Positions 19,521 through 27,467 of a stretch of 64,000 nt of DNA are shown piece after piece (position 1 is the stretch's first letter; every line of letters starts with the position of its first letter). Position numbers and translations under genes: made by a program. Origin of the DNA: an uncultured Verrucomicrobiota bacterium (GTDB lineage Bacteria; Verrucomicrobiota; Verrucomicrobiia; Limisphaerales; SXQI01). The notes under the pieces were generated by a model. It worked only from the letters and a program-made list of their open reading frames with translations, searched no databases and had not been told where the DNA came from. The stretch lies in NCBI GenBank assembly GCA_964478815.1, contig CAYZKY010000007.1:14512-78511 (forward strand), in the 5' to 3' direction.

Positions 19521-20420
19521 TCATGCTGCGCTTGGTTCAGCGCTGACTATCCGAACTCGCGACCGGATGCGTTCACCCTTCGGCAGGATGAAAACGAACG
19601 CGTTAAATGTGTTGTTGAAAAAGTGGTACTCAAACTCGGTCAAGCTGCCGTCTATTGTCAGCAACAGGATTTTGCCCTTTTCATGGAACCGGCGGTTAAA
19701 CTTTAAGTCAGAAACAAACGGCAGTGGCAAGGTGCAGAAGTCGGGCCACGAAATATCCCCAAACTCAGCGGTGAAGCTGTCCGACTGGAAATAATTGCGG
19801 AAGCGGGCTCCGAACTGCCCGTTTTGCTGGGGTGGATGAAGGACGAGTACAGCGCATCGCTTAGCCGAGCGCTGCACATACCGGCGAATCGCGGCATGAG
19901 CCGAACCGCCAAATTTCTGAGCCAACGCCTGGGGCGATTTTATCGTCAATGGCAGTTTTGCGGCTTCATCGTCGAAGTGGTGGAGCTGAAACAGCAGCGA
20001 TGACGCCCCATAATTCGCCTCGCGTTCGAAAATTTCTTTCACGTCCGGGTTAAGCGACTGCTCATCGTCCATTGCCGCCAAGAGATCTCGTTGCCAAGGA
20101 GAAACGCCGTGGATCGTTTCGTGCAAAGTTATGAAATTATTCCGGCTCTCCTTTTGGGAGTGATCAAGATAGATGACTTTCTGGCGAATATCGCAAATGC
20201 CCAGGAACTTCTTCATCGTCCTGGAAAATCCGCTGCCGAAACGCTCAAGGAATGATGGTTCGATTCGGCTGAGATCAACGCCTCGGTCAATGGACAGTTC
20301 GGCTTCCGCGACAATCCGATCCACAGGAGTCGGAAAGACGCCCAACGCCTTTGCTCCTTTGAGGAGGTTGTAGGCGATGGTGTCTAGCGCTTTAGCAGTT
20401 TCCGGAGCGTCCGAGTTCAT
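19521..20420 (-). CDS. ImmA/IrrE-family zinc metallopeptidase (CapP-like)
   Basis: 299 aa with HExxH in ITLHETIHGVSPW. Starts 4 nt after the upstream XRE gene. Confidence 0.8.
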   Translation of the reverse strand: MNSDAPETAKALDTIAYNLLKGAKALGVFPTPVDRIVAEAELSIDRGVDLSRIEPSFLERFGSGFSRTMKKFLGICDIRQKVIYLDHSQKESRNNFITLHETIHGVSPWQRDLLAAMDDEQSLNPDVKEIFEREANYGASSLLFQLHHFDDEAAKLPLTIKSPQALAQKFGGSAHAAIRRYVQRSAKRCAVLVLHPPQQNGQFGARFRNYFQSDSFTAEFGDISWPDFCTLPLPFVSDLKFNRRFHEKGKILLLTIDGSLTEFEYHFFNNTFNAFVFILPKGERIRSRVRIVSAEPSAA

Positions 20421-20423
20421 GTA

Positions 20424-20792
20424 TCATTTGCGTTGGGATCGAAGAAACGCCACATACTTCGCAACTTGCTCTTCCTCTTCCGCAGACAGTGATTCAAGTC
20501 CACGCAGAGCAGCGCCAGCCAGTGTTTTCGGCCCATCTTTCAGCTTTCGCTGCACGTATCCAGCGGCCTCCATCAACAGCTCGTAATCGACACAGTAGAT
20601 GGTGGCGAGCTTATGCAGAAAATGCGGCGATGGTTTCTTGACCTTATCGTTTTCAAGCTGGCTCAAATAGGCGTTCGAAATACCCGTGACGTCCTCGACC
20701 TCACGCAGCGACAGCCTTCGCATCTCCCGGGCCGTCTTGAGCCCTTCCCCGAGAGACGATGGTTTCACTTCGGTGTTTTTGTTTTGGGGCAT
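20424..20792 (-). CDS. XRE-family HTH transcriptional regulator (CapH-like)
   Basis: LSLREVEDVTGISNAYLSQLENDKVKKPSPHFLHKLATIY. Divergent from the Ubl operon. Confidence 0.85.
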   Translation of the reverse strand: MPQNKNTEVKPSSLGEGLKTAREMRRLSLREVEDVTGISNAYLSQLENDKVKKPSPHFLHKLATIYCVDYELLMEAAGYVQRKLKDGPKTLAGAALRGLESLSAEEEEQVAKYVAFLRSQRK

Positions 20793-20875
20793 GTGATCAG
20801 GCTACTTCAGCCCGCGTCATAAATCAAGCAGAATCCATTAAAACACGCAAGCGAATACATATGCTTGATGGATGC

Positions 20876-20904
20876 TTGACGGAGTGAGCAGCGCGTGATA
20901 TCGT
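20876..20904 (+). promoter_or_regulatory. sigma70-like promoter for the Ubl/E2/JAB/E1 operon
   Basis: TTGACG - 17 nt - TATCGT, about 45 nt upstream of ATG 20950. Adjacent TGCTTGA repeats and an AATCAAGCA/TGCTTGAT inverted repeat lie in an AT-richer intergenic region. Confidence 0.45.
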
Positions 20905-20949
20905 AATCTTATTAGGCCGGAATAGTTCCGGGCCACGGAGAATAAAAAT

Positions 20950-21636
20950 ATGAAAGAGACCGAAAACCGGAATCGCCCAAACCCCAAATGGTTCGGACTT
21001 GTTAACGACACCGTAATCCCTGCCCCTCAACGGAAAGTTCCGGCGTCCTTGTTGAGGACCCAAGCCGGCGTGCCCGGCGATCACGCCTTGTTGCGCGATC
21101 ATAACTCACCTCGGGATGTGGTTATTGACCCTCACACCGAGATCGACTTGGGGCTGGGGAATGTCTTCTACAGCCGTCCCATTCAGTGTGAACGGCAAGA
21201 CGGTGCATGTGATACTCCGGCAAAACTGGCCTGGGCCGTCAATGACCGGCCAGAGGTCACCGTCAGGCCCGATCAAACTGGCCGATCAATCCGGGAGCTA
21301 TTTGGGCTGGCTGATGGAACGGTTCTGTTCCGTGACTTTGAAGGCCCGATGGATCTGGAGGTCACTGATGGCGATGCGGTCATCTTCAACGATGGGCCGG
21401 TTTTCGTCACCCGCAAGGTTCAGCAGTTCTGCTTGAACATCGAAGACAAGCTCTATTCCTGGCCCAAACCGAAAATCAGCACGAGCGAGATCCGACAGCT
21501 CGGCCACCTGCCGGCGGATCAATCCGTCGTGTGGGAAGACGGTGAAGGTCATGAACGCACCCTTCGCGAGGACGAAGTGATTGAACTTGCAACCTGCTGC
21601 CGCGTCGGGCGGGCTCCGAAATACAAACGAGGATGA
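20950..21636 (+). CDS. bilA: multi-ubiquitin (three beta-grasp repeats) Ubl protein, BilA-like
   Basis: 228 aa with three ~65-aa repeats (FGLVNDTVIPAP.., LAWAVNDRPEVTV.., FCLNIEDKLYSWP..). Ends ..APKYKRG-stop. GGAG RBS present. The stop overlaps the next ATG. Confidence 0.75.
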   Translation: MKETENRNRPNPKWFGLVNDTVIPAPQRKVPASLLRTQAGVPGDHALLRDHNSPRDVVIDPHTEIDLGLGNVFYSRPIQCERQDGACDTPAKLAWAVNDRPEVTVRPDQTGRSIRELFGLADGTVLFRDFEGPMDLEVTDGDAVIFNDGPVFVTRKVQQFCLNIEDKLYSWPKPKISTSEIRQLGHLPADQSVVWEDGEGHERTLREDEVIELATCCRVGRAPKYKRG

Positions 21637-22043
21637 AAGCACGCATTAAAGAGGACCTTGATTTGCTGCGGGGGCGGTTTCCCGCGCTCGAACACGGGCC
21701 AAACTTCGAGTGGGTCCGGATTCCGGCGTTTCCCTTCCCAAAAGGCCGGTTCAACAAGGCGAGCGGTCCTATCCTGTTTGTGTTGCCAGTTGGCTACCCG
21801 CAGACCGGCCCGGACAACTTCTTTACTGATGTTGATCTCCGCCTGACGGACGGCTCATTGCCGCCAGGCTTCAACGCTGGTCCGCAATCAAGCAGTGGAC
21901 CAGCGCCGGTACCGGGAAACTGGGGTTGGTTCTCTTGGCACCCTAACAAGTGGACCGTGGCGGCCGAGATTGCGGCCGGAGACAACCTGCTGGTGTTCGT
22001 AACCGGAATCCAATTGTGTTTGCGTGGGGAGGAATCGACATGA
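21633..22043 (+). CDS. bilB: prokaryotic E2/UBC-like protein, BilB-like
   Basis: 136 aa with ..VGYPQTGPDNFF..FSWHPNKW... ATGA overlaps at both ends. Sits between the Ubl and JAB genes. Confidence 0.65.
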   Translation: MKARIKEDLDLLRGRFPALEHGPNFEWVRIPAFPFPKGRFNKASGPILFVLPVGYPQTGPDNFFTDVDLRLTDGSLPPGFNAGPQSSSGPAPVPGNWGWFSWHPNKWTVAAEIAAGDNLLVFVTGIQLCLRGEEST

Positions 22044-22585
22044 GCCATGAGATTTTAATCCCCGCCGGCATCCTGAATCGCGTTCAGCGCCACCTTTTCC
22101 AGAGTCATCTTGAGCAGGCGGCTTTTCTGTTCGCCACGACGGAGACCGAATACGGGGCCGTCCGTTTTCATGTGGAGGACTCCTACCTGGTTCCCGCCAG
22201 CGGATGGGACGTGCAGATGGACGTTTATTTGGAGATGACGGACGAAGAGCGGGCCAAAATCTTGAAAATGGCACGGGACCGTAATGCGGCGATCATCGAT
22301 TGCCATTCTCACCCGCACAGCCAGGAAGACGTTTGGTTTTCTCCAAGCGACCTGGCCGGCATCAATCAGTTTGCACAATACACCAAATGGAAATTAAAGG
22401 GCCGCCCGTTCGCGGCACTGGTGTTTGGAGAGACCTCCATTGATGGCGTGGTATGGCAGGGCGAATTCGCCGGTGCGGAACCGCTGGGGGCTTTGGCTGT
22501 CGTAGGACAGGCCCGGCTAATACCAACCGGTTCTTGGTTCCGGCCTCGACCAGTTCGACTAAACAGATTTCAACCTTATGACTAG
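22040..22585 (+). CDS. bilC: JAB/MPN (JAMM) metalloisopeptidase, BilC-like
   Basis: From Met 22040. LEQAAFLF (Glu) and HSHPHSQEDVWFSPSD (HxHx7Sx2D JAMM motif). Confidence 0.85.
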   Translation: MSHEILIPAGILNRVQRHLFQSHLEQAAFLFATTETEYGAVRFHVEDSYLVPASGWDVQMDVYLEMTDEERAKILKMARDRNAAIIDCHSHPHSQEDVWFSPSDLAGINQFAQYTKWKLKGRPFAALVFGETSIDGVVWQGEFAGAEPLGALAVVGQARLIPTGSWFRPRPVRLNRFQPYD

Positions 22586-23477
22586 TGAACGTTTCAAAAG
22601 ACAAATCGCCGCTTTCGGCGACCTCGGCCAACAACGGCTCGCGGCGGAGCGCGTTGGAATCGTTGGCGGCGGCGGCTTGGGCTGCTTTGTCAGCCAATCT
22701 CTAGTTAACCTAGGCGTCGGCCGGCTGGTCGTCGTTGATCACGATACCCTCACCGAATCAAATCGAAACCGCTGGGTCCTGGGATTCTCGGCCGATATTG
22801 GCGCATACAAGGTTGATCTGATCCGGCGCTACATACTGGCCGTTGACCCTGCGGCAGATGTGATCGCAATCCGGGAGAACGTGAGAACTCGGGCTGCACT
22901 GATCGAGCTGATGAAATGCTCAACGATCTTCGGGTGCGTTGACAATGACGGGGCCAGACTGATTCTGACTGAGCTGTGTGCGGCTTACCAAATCACGTAT
23001 ATCGACTGCGCCAGCGAAATCATTCCACCAAAAGCCGACTCTCCCCTGGATTTTGGCGGGCGTGTGGTGGTCGCTCGGCCAGGTCAGTTTTGCTTGTTCT
23101 GCGCCGGCGAACTTGATTCCGAAGAGGCCAAAATGGCCCTGGAGGACTCAGCGGTTCAGGCTGCCCGCAACGCGCACGGCTACGGCCTCGGTTCCGAGGT
23201 CGAATCTCCCAGCGTCGTATCCTTGAACGGCGTAGTGGCCAACTTGGCCGTAACGGAATTCATGGTCATGGTGGCCCGGATGCGAGAGCCGGCCCTTAAG
23301 CTCACATTTCGAGGGATGCGAGGCGTTGTTGTGTCGAACAAAGCTGAACGCTCACCCAATTGCTACACCTGCGGTGTCCTGAACGGGATCCGCGATGAGG
23401 TCGATATTTTACGGTACGTTTTGCCAGAACGAAATAACGAATTCGTTACCGGCCAACTGGCCTTGGCTGCTTCCTAA
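22578..23477 (+). CDS. bilD: ThiF/E1-like adenylyltransferase, BilD-like
   Basis: RVGIVGGGGLGCFV, VVVDHDTLTESNRNR, DNDGARL, CxxC (SPNCYTCG). Confidence 0.85.
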   Translation: MTSERFKRQIAAFGDLGQQRLAAERVGIVGGGGLGCFVSQSLVNLGVGRLVVVDHDTLTESNRNRWVLGFSADIGAYKVDLIRRYILAVDPAADVIAIRENVRTRAALIELMKCSTIFGCVDNDGARLILTELCAAYQITYIDCASEIIPPKADSPLDFGGRVVVARPGQFCLFCAGELDSEEAKMALEDSAVQAARNAHGYGLGSEVESPSVVSLNGVVANLAVTEFMVMVARMREPALKLTFRGMRGVVVSNKAERSPNCYTCGVLNGIRDEVDILRYVLPERNNEFVTGQLALAAS

Positions 23478-23539
23478 CCATTTCGTGGGGCTGGTTTGCC
23501 GGAGTCTTCTTCCATGCGTTCCTCATTCACTGCCGGCAA

Positions 23540-24036
23540 TCCCCGTTTGATAACCTTATCGCGTCGCCCATCTCGCCATCGTCTTCACCTTTCCTGAGAC
23601 GATAGTGAGATGGGCGAAGGGAGAAGTAGGGCTGGTTTCGCTTCCAGAAGAAAGGCGGGAAATCTCATGAAGTGCCCGCGCATCACGACGCGGAAATTTT
23701 CCTCGATGCCTCCCTCACTGCCGATGGGAATCACCAGGAGAACAAGCACCTCTCTTTCGCACCGCGCCCGGAAAATCTGGCACCCTCTCGGAACGGCGGC
23801 TTAACCGAAACGAGACTCTCGCCATGATCAAGCGACGCGCGAATGTTGCGGGATTACCGGGAAACACCTGCAATCACACCTTCCGCGCTCCAGGCATCAC
23901 CCCATTTCTTCTAAACGGCGGCACGGTCGAGAAAGCCCAAACCGTCGCCGGGCATGAATCGCCGAAAAGCACCTAGCTTTATGACCGCCGGAGCGATGAG
24001 ATCACTTTGGATGAAATCGAGTGGATTCTCAACTGA
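23540..24036 (+). pseudogene. second tyrosine integrase remnant (same family as 18597-19412, inverted)
   Basis: Shifted frames read ..IVFTFPETIV.., WFRFQKKGGKSHEVPAHHD. An in-frame piece at 23824-24036 reads MIKRRANVAGLPGNTCNHTFRAPGITPFLLNGGTVEKAQTVAGHESPKST-TAG(23974)-LYDRRSDEITLDEIEW. Confidence 0.75.
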
Positions 24037-24215
24037 CGCCGCCGGTGGAAAGACTGGAACCCGCGCAGCCGGAGGCTTGCAGCCGTTCTAATTCAATACA
24101 ATATGCCAGTTTCGCGGCCCAATTTGTCTCCATGAATCCTTTTGTGGTACGATGCCGGTGGGTTCACTAAAGGAGCACATCATGCATCACGTTCATCCCC
24201 GCCTCCGAAATCGCC

Positions 24216-24439
24216 ATGCATTTCTCGAAACTGCTCGACCGGGTGCGTTTGGGAGAGGGATTTGTCATCACCCAAGGGGGCCAGGAGATTGCCCGGCTTC
24301 TTCCAACCAAACGGCGAGCAATCAGGAAATCCAAAGCGCGATCGAGCAGATGGAACAGCTTCAGCAGAGCACCTTCTTGAACCGTCCCGGGATGCCTTTC
24401 CTCGACATTGCCGAACCGGTCGCAGTGGGACGCCAGTGA
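24216..24439 (+). pseudogene. Phd-like antitoxin, frameshifted
   Basis: MHFSKLLDRVRLGEGFVITQGGQEIARLLP in one frame. The C-terminal part (..QEIQSAIEQMEQLQQSTFLNRPG..) is in another frame and ends at the TGA overlapping the PIN start. Confidence 0.5.
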
Positions 24440-24861
24440 GTCCTTTCGTCCTCGACTGTTCTTTTACCATGAGCTGGATCTTTCAAGATGAAGCAGCTCC
24501 CTATTCTCTTGAACTGAGACGATCTCTCAGCGCGGAGCGCCCTGCGGTCGTGCCGCCACTGTGGAAATTTGAAGTGGCCAATGTTCTAATCATGGGCGAA
24601 CGGCGCGGGAGAATTTCCGAAACGCCGGCCGCCCGGCACTTGCTGCTGCTTTCCATGCTGCCGATTGAAATTGACGATGGTTCCCTGGACGCAAGCGGGT
24701 CGAACGGCTCTCTCCTCGCGCGCAAGCATCCGTTGACCGCGTATGACGCGTCCTCTCTGGAATTGGCCCAAAGACGCGGATTGCCGCTCCCCTCCTTCCA
24801 CGGAGCGCTTCGGAAGGCCGCCGAGAGGGAGAACGTCAAGCGTCTGTCTTCCCGGAAGTGA
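24436..24861 (+). CDS. vapC: PIN-domain toxin (VapC-like; same subfamily as 10816)
   Basis: GTG start in CAGTGA. VSPFVLDCSFTMSWIFQDE..LWKFEVANVLIMGERRG..LTAYDASSLELAQ. Confidence 0.7.
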   Translation: MSPFVLDCSFTMSWIFQDEAAPYSLELRRSLSAERPAVVPPLWKFEVANVLIMGERRGRISETPAARHLLLLSMLPIEIDDGSLDASGSNGSLLARKHPLTAYDASSLELAQRRGLPLPSFHGALRKAAERENVKRLSSRK

Positions 24862-25224
24862 ACTCGCCTTGGACGGCGTTTGCTTTTGGCACCTCATGCG
24901 CCCAACTCGCCCGGCAGCGAGACCTGACACTCGAGGGGTGGGAATCGATTCCGATCTTCGGTGAGGGAGGCTCTCCGATTTCTCCGTGGCCGATTTTGTG
25001 CCCCGCGAATGTTCGCATTGGTTTTCTCTGCCAGCGGAGGGCCGTGCAGGGAACGAGTTCCAGGCCAGCCGCTTTCCGAATCCGGTTTAGCCCTCCCAGC
25101 AAAGCGAAGACTTGCCGTCGGTCCGGGGCGTAGAGTGCATAGGGCAACTCCTGGAAGCGACGCTCGATGGTTTCGACCAAATCGGTGAGCGGCTCCCGAA
25201 GGAAGCCCGCCTTTAACTTCGTCA

Positions 25225-25395
25225 AACGGTTCCCGCGCCATGCGCACCGAAGGGAGGATGGAAGCCGCCATGTCTGGCGCGAGCGAACGCTCGATCCAGA
25301 ACCAGACCGGTCACCGGAGCCTCGCCGTCTTGCGCCTCTATATCCGCGATGGAAGCCTATTCCGCGAGACCGCCGCCAAGAATGCCGGCCTGTAA
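25225..25395 (+). pseudogene. integrase 3-prime remnant (homologous to the end of 13382-14350)
   Basis: ..SRAMRTEGRMEAAMSGASERSIQNQTGHRSLAVLRLYIRDGSLFRETAAKNAGL-stop, compared with ..AGLATQAAMSGASERAIQNQTGHRSLTVLRKYIRDGSLFRDNAAKKTGL-stop. Confidence 0.8.
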
Positions 25396-25468
25396 TATTC
25401 CCGGTCGCGATCCGAACCGCGCCATTCCCGGGGCGACCTCTTGCCAAGGCAGGCCTGATGTGCGATAA

Positions 25469-25487
25469 TCTGACCATACTAGTCAGA
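25469..25487. promoter_or_regulatory. possible operator palindrome flanked by GATAAT boxes upstream of the Phd/VapC pair
   Basis: GATAA-TCTGAC-CATACTA-GTCAGA-TAAT, 16 nt before ATG 25503. Confidence 0.3.
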
Positions 25488-25502
25488 TAATGAGGATGCT
25501 TC

Positions 25503-25808
25503 ATGTCCAAGACACCTGTTTCCGATGAACCGAAACAAGTGCCACTGCTTGGTGGATTCCCCAGCTGGAAGCTGGAGGAGGCCAAGGCGCGCTTCAGTGA
25601 ACTGGTCAAGTCCGCCCGGGGCGGCCCGCAGCGGGTCACCGTGCATGGGCGCGATGCCGTCATGGTGGTCGATGCCGAGATGTTTGCCGCCCTGCTGCCT
25701 TCCAGCCAGCAGCCGAGCCTGCACCAGCTCCTTTCCGACTCTCCCCTGGCCCGGCTCAAATTCGGGAGCAAACCGGTCCGGGCTCCGGTAAGGGACGTTG
25801 AACTATGA
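25503..25808 (+). CDS. Phd/YefM-family antitoxin
   Basis: ..SWKLEEAKARFSELVKSARGGPQRVTVHGRDAVMVVDAEMF. 4-nt overlap with the toxin start. Confidence 0.8.
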   Translation: MSKTPVSDEPKQVPLLGGFPSWKLEEAKARFSELVKSARGGPQRVTVHGRDAVMVVDAEMFAALLPSSQQPSLHQLLSDSPLARLKFGSKPVRAPVRDVEL

Positions 25809-26248
25809 GCGGCTGGGTGCTCGACACCAATGTGCTGTCCGAGCTGCGGAAAGGGAGCCGGTCCCACGCCGCTGTTACGGCCTGGGCAGAGGATCAGGCT
25901 GTGTATCAGCTTTTCGTCAGCCGCGTCACGCTCGGCGAGATCCAGTATGGCATTGAGCAAACGCCCAATCCCGCCTTTCGCCTGGAACTGGAGCAATGGG
26001 TGCAGGCGCGCCTTCTCCCCTGGTTTTCCGGGCGGATTCTGGAGGTCGACCAGCCGGTCATCGTGGAGTGGCGTCGGATGGTTGAAAAGGGGCGAAAACG
26101 AAACCACACCTTCAGCCAGCCCGACCTGTTTATTGCCGCGACAGCAAAGGTGCATGGTCTGGGTGTAGCCACGCGCAACGTGGAGGATTTTGCACTCGCG
26201 GGCGTCGCCGTCACCAACCTTTGGAAATATCGCTCGCTTCGATCGTAG
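25805..26248 (+). CDS. vapC: PIN-domain toxin VapC (FitB-like)
   Basis: WVLDTNVLSELRKG..VTLGEIQYGIE..QPDLFIAATAKVHGLGVATRNVEDF. Confidence 0.85.
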   Translation: MSGWVLDTNVLSELRKGSRSHAAVTAWAEDQAVYQLFVSRVTLGEIQYGIEQTPNPAFRLELEQWVQARLLPWFSGRILEVDQPVIVEWRRMVEKGRKRNHTFSQPDLFIAATAKVHGLGVATRNVEDFALAGVAVTNLWKYRSLRS

Positions 26249-26374
26249 GAATATGGGAACCAGGCTTCCTCCTCTCTTGTCCGCTTGGAGCTTAACAGGG
26301 TCGAGCTGCGTGCCGGGCAAGGCTCCGCGTCGCTTTCCGGTCGCTCCCTGGCCACTCAGGAGGACTCTACCGTC

Positions 26375-26488
26375 GCGAGCGAACGTTCGATTCGGACCGG
26401 GCTTCGGGGTCTCCCTGTCCTTCGCCGGCAGATTCGCGATGGCGGCCTCTTAAAGAATAGCGCGGCGAAAAAACCCGCCTCTGGCCTC
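26375..26488 (+). pseudogene. second, more degraded integrase 3-prime remnant
   Basis: ASERSIRTGLRGLPVLRRQIRDGGLLKNSAAKKPASGL, compared with ASERAIQNQTGHRSLTVLRKYIRDGSLFRDNAAKKTGL. Confidence 0.5.
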
Positions 26489-26873
26489 GGCTCACATGTG
26501 TAAGATATTCCGTGCGCATTGCCGGCAGATGGCAGCTGATATGATCGAACCAGGCCCTCAATTTCGCATTCATGACCTGCGGCTGGCTGCTCAGGTCATC
26601 CAGCGCGGCTTCGGCTTTCTCACCGCGAATGCCTAGGATTTTCGTGATGTTCCCGGAGTGCGTTTGGCGGAATTCAGCGGACGGGGAAAGGATTGATCGG
26701 TTCGCTGGTCTGGACGCTCTCAAAGCCCCTGCCATGTGAATTCGACATGGAGTGCATGGTTGGAGGGGACCGTCTCGGTCAGGTGGCTCCATTTTGGATG
26801 TTGCCAATCTCTCCCGGGCATTTTGCGCCACGGTTGAAAGCTCGACGGCAGGGGTGATCGGTTCGCCATCCGT

Positions 26874-27467
26874 TCAGATAAGCAAGTCGAGCTGGACGCG
26901 GGACGGAAGCGCGCTGCGTTTCGCCGCCAGACTCTCGAACATCTCCTCTTGCGTGGTGGGAAGATCCGATTCCCGCAACTCAAGCGCGATGGCCTCAGCC
27001 TCATTCGGACTCGCTCCGCCCGCTTGAAACTCCTGGAGCATCTGCGCATACGGCTTATTGGCGGCAAACAATCCTCCATCCGCGTACATCACCTTCAGCC
27101 GCCAGCGCCATTCCGCGATGGTCAGGTCCGTGCCGATAAACTCCACGGGCGGTCCGAGGCGATACGGTTTTCCAGCGAGCGTCACCCGTTCTCCCTCTCG
27201 ATAGTGCGACCCCGGGATCCGTGCCGGTTCCGGACCCGAGTACGCCACCGCTGGGATCAGTGGACAACACAGGGCCGAATGCCCTGTGCGGCCTCCAAAA
27301 CTGGCGTAGAACTGTCCCTGGTGTTGGAAAGCTCGCACTTTGGGGAAAGATTGTGCCGATTAAGCGGCGTCGATATCCCCTTGCTCAGTCCGCCAAATGG
27401 CCATTTCCAGGCGACGCCAATTCACCGTGATTTGCCGCAAATTGCTTTCGGTCCGTTCCCGCTCCAC
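26874..27467 (-). pseudogene. family A paralog (copy 2) with in-frame TAA
   Basis: Colinear with 15290-15883. GTG replaces ATG after the same GGAGG. TAT->TAA at 27360-27362. ..FQHQGQFYASFGG..KVMYADGGLFAANKPYAQMLQEFQAGG. Confidence 0.7.

Noticed and set aside
24836-26320. 494-aa minus-strand ORF, the longest ORF in this stretch
   Set aside because: It runs antisense through two well-supported Phd/VapC genes and the integrase remnant, with Arg/Gly/Pro/Ser-rich composition typical of high-GC shadow frames. Only its 3-prime part (about 24880-25215, ..LTDLVETIERRFQELPYALYAPDRRQVFALLGGLNRIRKAAGLELVP..) reads like a genuine protein fragment. I cannot assign it and it has no start, so I did not call it.
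26367-26831. 154-aa minus-strand ORF between VapC/integrase scar and gene A-prime, with a middle part ..ITKILGIRGEKAEAALDDLSSQPQVMNAKLRAWFDHISCHL..
   Set aside because: Its 3-prime third is antisense to the integrase-tail remnant. It has no recognisable motif, no counterpart in the paralogous first module and no convincing start context. It is possibly a decayed gene but is not supportable.
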